Assembly (NCBI GenBank): GCA_963810935.1
Contig: CAWEPK010000009.1
Coordinates: 64,001-128,000 of the forward strand
Direction: 5' to 3'
Source: an uncultured delta proteobacterium
Lineage (GTDB): Bacteria; Desulfobacterota; Syntrophorhabdia; Syntrophorhabdales; WCHB1-27
DNA: 64,000 nt
Made by a program: the position numbers and the translations under genes
The notes under the pieces: generated by a model
What the model was told of the DNA's origin: nothing
The model's database searches: none
What the model saw: the letters and a program-made list of their open reading frames with translations, nothing else
Part shown: one piece after another, positions 40,127 to 48,494 of the stretch
Position numbering within the stretch: the first letter of the stretch is position 1
Layout: the number at the start of each line of letters is the position of its first letter

Positions 40127-40168
40127 TTCGGCCCAAGACACGAAAAGATTGTGCACCCTTGGGCCGAT
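40127..40168 (-). promoter_or_regulatory. structured rpsB 5' leader (possible S2 autoregulatory element)
   Basis: TCGGCCCAAG / CTTGGGCCGA complementary arms just upstream of rpsB; function inferred from position only. Confidence 0.4.
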
Positions 40169-40424
40169 TGAAAGACGTGCAGAATAAATACAACGTTCAG
40201 TATACGACAAAAAAGGGCCTTTCTCAAGAAGAATTAGGCCGGGCCGGCCGTTACCGGTATGCAAAATAAAACAGTCGCCCGCATTCCCAGGCGCGGACAA
40301 ACTGCCCCAAGGGAGGCGAATAATGAAAAGTTTTGACATTCAGGACACTTGTGCCTTGAACCTTAACCGGAACAAAACTATATTTAACGAATGGGAGTTT
40401 TCCAACTAACCTGGGGGTGTAAAC

Positions 40425-40691
40425 GTGGCTTGGCTCAAAGGTAACATCATGACGGCATTAGCAATCGGAATAGGCTCCGCAGTACTCGCGCCGTTGGTAA
40501 CGCCTGTCCTGTCGAAGGCCGCAAAGCCTCTCGCGAAAGCAGCCATAAAAGGAGGCATCTCCCTCCTCGAGGCGGGTAAAGAAAAGTTCGCCGAGATGCA
40601 TGAGGTCATGGACGACCTCATGGCCGAGGCGAAGGCGGAGATAGTTGCCGAGCAGGCCGCGGCGATAGAAGACCAGGGTAAGGACGCGTAG
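40425..40691 (+). CDS. small membrane-anchored protein, DUF5132-like (FezA/PacL-like architecture)
   Basis: N-terminal hydrophobic ALAIGIGSAVLAP, KPLAKAAIKGG, acidic helix DDLMAEAKAE. Confidence 0.75.
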   Translation: MAWLKGNIMTALAIGIGSAVLAPLVTPVLSKAAKPLAKAAIKGGISLLEAGKEKFAEMHEVMDDLMAEAKAEIVAEQAAAIEDQGKDA

Positions 40692-40698
40692 GCCGACC

Positions 40699-41199
40699 AT
40701 GATACCGGATGCTTTTATTACACACCGAACGGCAGGCAGGCTGCGGCTGCGGGTCCCATCCAGGAGAGGAAACCTTGTATATTTCGCTTCCGTGCGCGAC
40801 GCGCTCTCAAGCGTAAAAGGCGTGGACAGCATCGAAGTGTCGCCCATGACGGGCAGTATCCTCGTGCGCATGAGCGCGCCGTTCGAAGCCATCGACGCTG
40901 CGCGCCCGGCTGACCTTTTCAACGTCGTCGAGGCGCCTCAAGCGGAGGAGGGAGCGACCGGCCTCCAGACTTCCGTCTCGGCCCTCTTCGGCTCCATTGA
41001 CGACCGCATAAAATCCGCTACGGGAAAAGGCGTAGACCTCGCCGGTATAGCCTTTCTGGGCCTAGTGGCAGCGGGAATCTATCAGATAGCGCGAGGCAAT
41101 TTTACGGCCCCGGCCTGGTACACCGCTTTCTGGTACGCCTTCGGGGTATTCGGCAAGTCGGGCAAGAAAAACGGGGAAGGCGAAAAGAGCCCGACATAG
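40699..41199 (+). CDS. HMA_2-type (Arg-rich, Cys-less HMA) domain protein with C-terminal membrane segments, FezC-like
   Basis: HRTAGRLRLR..GVDSIEVSPMTGSILV; TM GIAFLGLVAAGIYQ and PAWYTAFWYAF. Confidence 0.8.
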   Translation: MIPDAFITHRTAGRLRLRVPSRRGNLVYFASVRDALSSVKGVDSIEVSPMTGSILVRMSAPFEAIDAARPADLFNVVEAPQAEEGATGLQTSVSALFGSIDDRIKSATGKGVDLAGIAFLGLVAAGIYQIARGNFTAPAWYTAFWYAFGVFGKSGKKNGEGEKSPT

Positions 41200-41231
41200 T
41201 AAAGAAGAACAAGCCGCCATGCTGCAAATAA

Positions 41232-41951
41232 ATGAATGAAGTGAAGGAGGAACCTAAAATGGAACCGAAGACAGAGGCAGGCGAAGCCAAAGACAAGATC
41301 GAAAACGATTTGGGCCGGGCAGGCACGGCAGTGAAGGAAGGCGTGGTCCGCAGCCTTAAGGGCCTTAACGAGATAGAGGCGGATATCGTAAGCCTGGTAA
41401 GGAATACCGTAGCAGACAGCCTTAAGCTCACCTCCGATACGGCGGGCATGAGCCTCAACCTTACGACGGAGGTCGTCAAAGGTGCGATAAGGGCGACCGA
41501 AGAGGTAGGCACGGGCCTAATCCTCAGCACCAAGAGCGTCACCAAGGGCATCATCATGGGCTTTGGCGACGTCGGCGGGGACGTGGTGGGCATTGCCAGC
41601 CAGACCGTTAAAGGCGCGGTCAAAGGGGCCGCAGAGGTCGGCGCCGACGTATCCATGGTCGCAAGGCGCGCCGTAGACGGGGCGATAGAGGCAGGAAAAG
41701 AGGTCGGGGTCAACGCGGAGGAGATGGCCAGGGTGGCTATATCAGGCGCAGTCGAGGCAGCCGGGACCATCGGCGTGACGGCAGTCAAGGCGGTCAGAGA
41801 GATGCTGATGGGCGTGGCCGAAGGCGTGCGGGACTTCGTAGGGACGCTGCTCGCCGCCAAACCGGCTGCGGCCGGCGCAGCCAAAGAAGAGAGCGGGACA
41901 CCAGAGGAAAGACCTTCCCCGCCCGAGCAGCGACGGAGGTCGAAAGAGTAG
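41232..41951 (+). CDS. Gly/Ala/Val-rich protein made of tandem 22-aa helical repeats
   Basis: About 7.5 repeats, consensus near KGAVxAAxEVGxDxxxxAxxxV; function unknown. Confidence 0.8.
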   Translation: MNEVKEEPKMEPKTEAGEAKDKIENDLGRAGTAVKEGVVRSLKGLNEIEADIVSLVRNTVADSLKLTSDTAGMSLNLTTEVVKGAIRATEEVGTGLILSTKSVTKGIIMGFGDVGGDVVGIASQTVKGAVKGAAEVGADVSMVARRAVDGAIEAGKEVGVNAEEMARVAISGAVEAAGTIGVTAVKAVREMLMGVAEGVRDFVGTLLAAKPAAAGAAKEESGTPEERPSPPEQRRRSKE

Positions 41952-41954
41952 TCC

Positions 41955-44900
41955 TTGGTCCGGATAGTTCACGCCGCTGTCAGCGGAAGGGTGCGCCTCA
42001 AGGTAGACGGCCTTCACGGGTCTCACGAGCTTAAGAAGTATCTGGAAGAAGGGCTCTCGAAGCGCGACGACGTAACCCACGTCTTTGCAAGCCCCCTTAC
42101 CGGAAACGTCCTAGTTCTTTATTCCGATCCCCGGACGCCGTCCGATATCAAAAACGAGCTTCACGCGCTCCTGCCCCTGAAAGACGGAGCGGAAAGGGCC
42201 GATGACGCCCGGCCGAAGAAGGCCGTCATACGCGAAGACCGGGTCCGTCCAGGCAACTTGAGGAAGCGCCTGGTCAGGGCAAAAGATACGCCCCCCCAGG
42301 TGCTCTGGCACATGCGGCAGCCGGCGGAGGCCGCCGTCGCCTTCGGCGCGGACTGCGAGACAGGGCTCGCCCTGGAGGCATACGGAGCGAGCCTGAAGCG
42401 CTTCGGTCCCAACCTGCTGCCGGAAGCGGTCCCGCGCTCCGGCTGGTCCATCTTCCTCGAACAGTTCAAAAGCCTTCCCGTGCTGCTTCTCGGGGTCGCA
42501 GCCGCAGTCTCGGTCTTCACCGGGGGCCTCGCGGACGCTGTAGTCATCATCAGCGTGGTAGGAATCAACGCAGCCATCGGTTACGTGACCGAAAGCAAAT
42601 CGGAAAAGATCATCCGCTCCCTGAAGAGCCTTGTGCGCCCGACAGCCCTCGTAAGGCGCGCTGGCGAGCTCGTCCAGGCGAACGTCGAAGACGTGGCGCC
42701 CGGCGACCTCCTGGTGCTCAGGCCCGGCGCCTACGTCGCGGCGGACGCGAGGCTCCTCCTCGCGCAGCACCTTAGCGTTGACGAGTCAGCCCTTACCGGC
42801 GAGAGCATGCCGGTCCACAAGACGACGGACCTCCTCGACGAGGCGGGTCTTTCGCTGGCCGACAGGACGAACATGGTGTACATGGGGACCCTGGTAACGG
42901 GCGGCCAGGGCCTCGCGGTCGTTGTTGCAACCGGCCCTTACACCGAGATCGGCCGCATCCAGATAATGGTGGGCGAGGCAAGCACCCCCGCCACACCTTT
43001 AGAGCAACAGCTCGACCGTATGGGATCGAAGCTCGCAATATTGAGCGCGGCCGTGTGCGCAGGTGTTTTCGTTGTGGGCCTTTTGCGCGGCTACGGGTTC
43101 GTCCGTATGCTCAAGTCGTGCATCTCCCTTGCAGTCGCGGCGGTGCCTGAGGGCCTCCCGGCCGTTGCCACCACCACCCTCGCCATCGGCATGAAGAGGA
43201 TGCGCGGGCATCATGTTCTCATCAGGCGCCTCGGGGCCATCGAAGCCCTCGGCTCCGTCCAGACCATATGCCTCGACAAGACAGGCACACTGACCCTCAA
43301 CAGGATGACGGTGACGGCCGTCTACACGGGCGAACGCCTGATGGATGTAGCGGAAGGCAGGTTCGTCTCCGAGGCAGGGGCGGCCGACCCGTATGCCTGC
43401 CCCGAGCTGTTGATGCTCCTCCACGTCGGCGCCCTCTGCAATGAAAGCGAGATATTCGGCTCAAACGGGACTTTTACCGTAACAGGCTCGCCTACCGAAA
43501 ACGCCCTCATCAACGTCGCGCTGGCAGCAGGCATCGATATACGGGGCTTAAGGGCAAGCTTTCCGCTCATGAATATCATCCACAGGTCGGAAACGAGGAA
43601 CCTGATGGCGACCGTCCACTCGACGAGCGACAACGGCAAATGTCTCCTCGCGATGAAGGGGAGCCCGCCGGAAGTGCTGGCCGGCTGCACCTGGTACATG
43701 AAGGACGGAAAGCGCCTCCCCCTGTCTGATGAGGTGAGGGACGAGATACAGACGGCCAACGAGGAGATGGCCGGCCAGGGCCTGCGCGCCCTCGGCATGG
43801 CGCACGCGGTCTCCGACAGCAAGCTGGTCCTGATGGAGAACGGCGACATCACGGTGAAGGACCTGACGTGGCTCGGCATAACGGGCATGACCGATCCCGT
43901 CAGGCACGGCGTAAAAGACCTCATCGCGGGCTTCCACAGGGCAGGCATAGACACGGTCATGATCACGGGAGACCAGAGCGCCACCGCCTATGCGGTGGGA
44001 AAGGAGCTCGACCTCGCAGGCGGCGAAGATATCCGGATCCTCGATTCGCGCCACCTCGCGGAGATCCAGCCGGAGGTGCTGAAAGGCCTTGCCAGGGGAC
44101 TCCACGTATTCGCGCGGGTCAGCCCGGCCCATAAGCTCCAGATCGTGCAGACGCTCCAGGATGGGGGCAAGGTCGTGGGCATGACGGGGGACGGCATCAA
44201 TGACGGCCCTGCCCTGAAGGCTGCGGCGATAGGCATTGCTATGGGGCATACGGGTACGGACGTCGCGCGCGAGGTCGCCGACGTAGTGCTCGAAGACGAC
44301 AACCTGGAGACCATGCTGATCGCCGTGAGCGAGGGGCGCACCATATACAACAATATCCGGAAATCCCTACATTACCTGCTCTCCACGAACATGAGCGAGA
44401 TCATAGTAACGTCCGTCTCGATGACGGCGGGGCTCGGAGAGCCGCTAACGCCCATGCAGTTCCTCTGGATCAACCTCGTATCCGATATCTTCCCGGGCCT
44501 GGCCCTCGCCCTCGAGCCGCCCGAGCCCGACGTCCTCCTCCGGCCCCCAAGGGACCCTGCGGAGGAGATACTGCAACCTGTCCGGCTCAAAAAGATGTTG
44601 AGGGAGGCAGCCGTCCTTTCCGCAGGCTCGCTCGGGGCATACGGGTACGGCCTGTCCCGCTACGGACAGGGGCCGGCCGCGGGCACCATGGCGTTCCTCA
44701 GCCTCACTATAAGCCAGCTCCTGCACGCGCTCACGTGCCGCTCGGAAAACAGGACGGTTTTCTCAGGCGAAAGGCAGGCGCCGAACCGCTACCTGACCGG
44801 GGCCGTCGCCGGCACGTTCCTGCTTCAGGGGGCCGCGATAGCCGTGCCGGGCCTGCGCCGCCTGCTCGGCATCAGCCGCTTGGGGCTCGTGGACGGCCTG

Positions 44901-44975
44901 GTCGCCGGCGGGGGCGCCGTTCTGCCCTTCTTCGTCAATGAAGCGCTTAAAAAGTCCAGGGGAGGCGCAGCTTGA
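41955..44975 (+). CDS. P2A-type (Ca2+-ATPase-like) P-type ATPase with N-terminal HMA_2 domain
   Basis: HAAVSGRVRLK..SPLTGNVLV; LTGES, PEGLP, DKTGTLT, KGSPE, MITGD, GDGINDGP, STNMSE, NLVSD. Confidence 0.92.
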   Translation: MVRIVHAAVSGRVRLKVDGLHGSHELKKYLEEGLSKRDDVTHVFASPLTGNVLVLYSDPRTPSDIKNELHALLPLKDGAERADDARPKKAVIREDRVRPGNLRKRLVRAKDTPPQVLWHMRQPAEAAVAFGADCETGLALEAYGASLKRFGPNLLPEAVPRSGWSIFLEQFKSLPVLLLGVAAAVSVFTGGLADAVVIISVVGINAAIGYVTESKSEKIIRSLKSLVRPTALVRRAGELVQANVEDVAPGDLLVLRPGAYVAADARLLLAQHLSVDESALTGESMPVHKTTDLLDEAGLSLADRTNMVYMGTLVTGGQGLAVVVATGPYTEIGRIQIMVGEASTPATPLEQQLDRMGSKLAILSAAVCAGVFVVGLLRGYGFVRMLKSCISLAVAAVPEGLPAVATTTLAIGMKRMRGHHVLIRRLGAIEALGSVQTICLDKTGTLTLNRMTVTAVYTGERLMDVAEGRFVSEAGAADPYACPELLMLLHVGALCNESEIFGSNGTFTVTGSPTENALINVALAAGIDIRGLRASFPLMNIIHRSETRNLMATVHSTSDNGKCLLAMKGSPPEVLAGCTWYMKDGKRLPLSDEVRDEIQTANEEMAGQGLRALGMAHAVSDSKLVLMENGDITVKDLTWLGITGMTDPVRHGVKDLIAGFHRAGIDTVMITGDQSATAYAVGKELDLAGGEDIRILDSRHLAEIQPEVLKGLARGLHVFARVSPAHKLQIVQTLQDGGKVVGMTGDGINDGPALKAAAIGIAMGHTGTDVAREVADVVLEDDNLETMLIAVSEGRTIYNNIRKSLHYLLSTNMSEIIVTSVSMTAGLGEPLTPMQFLWINLVSDIFPGLALALEPPEPDVLLRPPRDPAEEILQPVRLKKMLREAAVLSAGSLGAYGYGLSRYGQGPAAGTMAFLSLTISQLLHALTCRSENRTVFSGERQAPNRYLTGAVAGTFLLQGAAIAVPGLRRLLGISRLGLVDGLVAGGGAVLPFFVNEALKKSRGGAA

Positions 44976-46162
44976 ACAAGCACTTCGTATTTTCTTCCGA
45001 ATCGGTGACCGAAGGACACCCCGACAAGCTGTGCGACCAGATCAGCGACGCTTTCGTGGACCACATACTCCGGCGCGACCCGTACGCGCGCGTCGTCGCA
45101 GAGTGCGCGATATCGAACGCCATCGTTTTTATAGCGGTCCGCTTCGACAGCGCCGCCTCCGTCGATTTCCCCTACATTGCAAGGGAAGTGATCGACCAGA
45201 TTGGATATACGCACGCGGAGTTCAACTCGAAGACGTGCAGCGTAGTTACGAGCCTCCGCGAGATGCCTGCCGACGCTTACAGCCGCTTCGACGAGAGAAA
45301 CCTCACGGACGCAGAGATCGATCGCATTGTGGCCCGCAACCAGGTGACCGTCTTCGGTTTTGCATGCACCCAGACTCCAGCGTTCATGCCTTTGCCCATC
45401 TGGCTCGCCCACAAGCTGTCACGCAGGCTCACGTCGGTCCGCCTGCAGAACAGGCTCACGGACCTCGGGCCGGACGGTTGGACGCAGGTGGGCGTAGAGT
45501 ACGAGGACCGCAAGCCGAGCCGCATCCATAGCATGACGGTCATCGCGAGCACTACGCGGCAGGAGGTGACGCTTAAGACCCTGCACGAGATGATCATGGA
45601 GGAAGTGATCAAGCCCGTTTTCACCGACGAGACCTTCAGGCCGGATGAAAAGACGCGCATTTTCATAAACCCGGACGGCCTCTTTTACGGCGGCGGCCCG
45701 TCCGTCCACAGCGGTCTCACGGGTAGGAAGAACGCAATCGATACGTACGGCGAGTACTCGCGCCACAGCGGCGCCGCATTAAGCGGCAAGGACCCGCTGC
45801 GGATCGACCGCTCCGGGGCATACGCCGCGCGGTACGCCGCAAAGAACGTAGTGGCCGCCGGGTTGGCAGAGGAGTGTGAGGTTACTTTGAGCTACACCAT
45901 AGGGCTCGCGCAGCCCGTGAGCATACAGGTGGAGACCTTCGGCACGGGCAAGCTGTCGGACGATGATATCGTCGCCCTTGTCGGCCGCCATATCGATTTC
46001 CGTCCCGCCGCGGTCCTGCGGCAGTTCAACCTCCGCTATCTCCCGTCAACGGTCAAGGGCGGCTTCTACCGCCGCCTGGCCGCTTACGGACACGTAGGGC
46101 GCATGGATATAGGCCTTCCCTGGGAGGTAACGGACAGGGCGCGCCTCCTCCGGTCGGGCTGA
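44972..46162 (+). CDS. divergent methionine adenosyltransferase (MetK)-fold protein
   Basis: SESVTEGHPDK, GLTGRK, DTYG, SGKD present; GAGDQG and QSPDI motifs absent; TTG start overlaps ATPase stop. Confidence 0.85.
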   Translation: MNKHFVFSSESVTEGHPDKLCDQISDAFVDHILRRDPYARVVAECAISNAIVFIAVRFDSAASVDFPYIAREVIDQIGYTHAEFNSKTCSVVTSLREMPADAYSRFDERNLTDAEIDRIVARNQVTVFGFACTQTPAFMPLPIWLAHKLSRRLTSVRLQNRLTDLGPDGWTQVGVEYEDRKPSRIHSMTVIASTTRQEVTLKTLHEMIMEEVIKPVFTDETFRPDEKTRIFINPDGLFYGGGPSVHSGLTGRKNAIDTYGEYSRHSGAALSGKDPLRIDRSGAYAARYAAKNVVAAGLAEECEVTLSYTIGLAQPVSIQVETFGTGKLSDDDIVALVGRHIDFRPAAVLRQFNLRYLPSTVKGGFYRRLAAYGHVGRMDIGLPWEVTDRARLLRSG

Positions 46163-46194
46163 CGACATTTCCACAGCACGCGAGGTTTTAAGGT

Positions 46195-47256
46195 TTGAGC
46201 CAAGAGGAGCAGATCCCTAAAATTACGAGATCGGCCGAGTTCGGCTACGAGCAGGAGCGCTCCCTGAAGAGGATGAAGCTCTTCGCTACGGCCCTTCTCG
46301 TCCTTATGGCCGTTATTTATTGCATAAGCCGCATCCTTTTGCCGCGATATCCTTTTCTCGGCTTCGTCGCGGCTTTCAGCGAGGCAGGAACCGTAGGCGC
46401 CCTTGCCGATTGGTTCGCCGTCGTGGCGCTCTTCCGCCATCCACTGAACCTGCCCATCCCCCGGACCGGGGTTATCCCGCGCAACAGGGACAGGATAGGC
46501 GAGAGCCTGGCCCGTTTCTTCAACGTGAACTTCCTGACGAAAGACCTCCTGGAGAAGAAAATGGCCTCCGTGGACCTGGCGGGCCTTCTGGCCGCCTGGC
46601 TCGCAGACGAGCGGAACGCCCAGCTCATTGCGCGGACCGCGGCCGAATACGCCCCTTCCCTGCTTCAGAACAAATGTGAAGAAAAACATGACGCCGAGCC
46701 CGCTGCCGGCCGGCCCGAAAAAGGACTTGCCCACTTCTTAGGCAGCGCGACAGAGGCAGACAGCAAGCAGACGTCCATGCGAAGCGCCGCCTTTCGCTTC
46801 CTCTCCGGTCTCGACCGCATGGGGCTTTCTCTCTACGACCGTTTGCTCGCCCCGGTCGGCCGCGCTGTATCCGGGTTCTACGACGGCGGGCTGCGCCGCA
46901 AGATCGGTGAGAAACTCCTCGAAGAGCTGAGCAACCCGGACTCCGAGCTTGTGCGCCAGGCAGCAGACTTTATCAAGAACGCAGGGCAGGAGGCGATAAG
47001 GGACAACGATCTCAGGGAAAGGATCAACAAAGGTCTGCGCGCATGGATATCGGAGGCAGTCGAAGAGAATAAAGAGCTTTTTACTGTCTTCATATCGGAT
47101 ACGGTCAGGAAATGGGACCCCGTAGCTACCAGCAGGCGGATCGAGCTGCACGTGGGCAAGGACCTGCAATGGATAAGGATAAACGGCACCATCGTAGGCG
47201 GGCTCGCCGGGCTCCTTATTTACCTCTTCACTTTTTTATTGCGGGGCATTCAATAA
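46195..47256 (+). CDS. DUF445 family membrane protein
   Basis: EAGTVGALADWFAVVALFRHP, IELHVGKDLQWIRINGTIVGG. Confidence 0.9.
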   Translation: MSQEEQIPKITRSAEFGYEQERSLKRMKLFATALLVLMAVIYCISRILLPRYPFLGFVAAFSEAGTVGALADWFAVVALFRHPLNLPIPRTGVIPRNRDRIGESLARFFNVNFLTKDLLEKKMASVDLAGLLAAWLADERNAQLIARTAAEYAPSLLQNKCEEKHDAEPAAGRPEKGLAHFLGSATEADSKQTSMRSAAFRFLSGLDRMGLSLYDRLLAPVGRAVSGFYDGGLRRKIGEKLLEELSNPDSELVRQAADFIKNAGQEAIRDNDLRERINKGLRAWISEAVEENKELFTVFISDTVRKWDPVATSRRIELHVGKDLQWIRINGTIVGGLAGLLIYLFTFLLRGIQ

Positions 47257-47275
47257 CGCGGGGAAATGCAGGTTC

Positions 47276-47584
47276 CTATATGAAGGCGGCGATCAGGGAG
47301 AGGACTTTCCCGGCCGCCTCGTGGATATACTGGTCGTTGGTAATCGCCTTGGACGGATCGAAGTATCCCACGCGCACGAGGACCGAGAGGATCTCGTCCC
47401 TCTTCGCCTTTTTCGGGTCGTAGTTGACCAGGCAGCTTCCCGTCCTGGTATTCACTGCGACGCTTGCCACGCCGCTTATCGTCTGGAGAAGACCCTCGAC
47501 CGCGCAGGCCGCCTCGCTATTGTTCTTCATGAAAGGCGTCATTATTCTCAGTCGTCCGGGCAGATCATGCACGTAATGGCTCAT
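47276..47584 (-). CDS. stand-alone HMA_2-type domain protein
   Basis: YVHDLPGRLRI..GVASVAVNTRTGSCLVNYDP. Confidence 0.82.
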   Translation of the reverse strand: MSHYVHDLPGRLRIMTPFMKNNSEAACAVEGLLQTISGVASVAVNTRTGSCLVNYDPKKAKRDEILSVLVRVGYFDPSKAITNDQYIHEAAGKVLSLIAAFI

Positions 47585-47587
47585 GCT

Positions 47588-47920
47588 CTACTCTCCTTCT
47601 TCAGGCGTTGTCCTCTCTTCTATTTTTGCTTTCACGTACGTGCGGCAATCGGGATAACGGCTGCACCTGAATACCGCGTTGCCGTCTTTTTTTCTCTTGA
47701 ACAGGTGGGTGATTCCCCCGCAGGCGGGGCAGTCGGGCCTTATCCCCGGGCTGCGCCTCTCGCTGCCCGGTATGAACTGCCGGTTGCACATCATGCAGAT
47801 GTAGCGCTGCCGGCTCCTGGCCCATCCGTATTTATATATTGCCCGCGATCCGCACGAAGGACAGCTTACCGCGTTCTGCCCTTCCTCTCCGTTTTGGCCG
47901 TCATGTAGTTCCTGTTGCAT
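47588..47920 (-). CDS. double zinc-ribbon protein (InsA-like ribbon + topoisomerase C4-like ribbon)
   Basis: CPSCGS..YKYG..QRYICMMC..QF and CPACG..FRCSRYPDC. Confidence 0.7.
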   Translation of the reverse strand: MQQELHDGQNGEEGQNAVSCPSCGSRAIYKYGWARSRQRYICMMCNRQFIPGSERRSPGIRPDCPACGGITHLFKRKKDGNAVFRCSRYPDCRTYVKAKIEERTTPEEGE

Positions 47921-48084
47921 ACATATCAGTCTATATGCGGTTTGTTAATCCTTTATTTCCCGTATGTTAATTTTTAGTAAACTCGCACGTCCCGACACAT
48001 TTGCGGAGTGTGTGCACAATGAGACGGGCAGACTATTGTCCTCTGTTGGGAAAGGTTCTTGCGTCAGAAGGCTGCGTATGTTTC

Positions 48085-48405
48085 TTACACGACGACTTTA
48101 AGGACGCCCGTAGCGGACTCGCAGGCCATTTCAATGCATTCCTCAAGATAATCATCGGGCGTTCTTGCTTGTGAATGGTTGAAAAAGCCGCTTTCGTCCA
48201 GTACTCGCAGGAGCTTGTCGTGATCGAGCTTCGCGGGGTCGTAAAGGATCAGAGCGCTGCCGATCTCCGGCCTTAGCTTGACCGAAGAGACGCCCTCGAT
48301 GAGTGCGATGAAGTCATGGAAGTGATCTATATTCGGACTGCCCGTCTTCAAGGCAGGGCTCTCGATCCTGAGCCGTCCCGGCGTGTCGGCCATATAGTAG
48401 TTCAT
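48085..48405 (-). CDS. stand-alone HMA_2-type domain protein
   Basis: YYMADTPGRLRI..GVSSVKLRPEIGSALILYDP; paralog of 47276-47584. Confidence 0.78.
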   Translation of the reverse strand: MNYYMADTPGRLRIESPALKTGSPNIDHFHDFIALIEGVSSVKLRPEIGSALILYDPAKLDHDKLLRVLDESGFFNHSQARTPDDYLEECIEMACESATGVLKVVV

Positions 48406-48494
48406 TATATCCCTCCTTGCTGTCCGTCGTACGGCCCGTTCCTATTATAATACGGCGCGACGGCAGGTCCCCGGCCTTTTTCGCTGACGGCCCC

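Noticed and set aside
40319..40337. Fur box upstream of the ferrosome-like locus
   Set aside because: Only 12/19 match with a poor right half; expected by chance in AT-rich DNA
40425..44975. Canonical fezABC ferrosome or magnetosome genes
   Set aside because: The ATPase has P2A (PEGLP) rather than P1B-6 motifs; no mam core genes recognised
47588..47920. IS1 family insertion sequence
   Set aside because: Only an InsA-like ribbon; no InsB/DDE frame, terminal inverted repeats or target duplication seen
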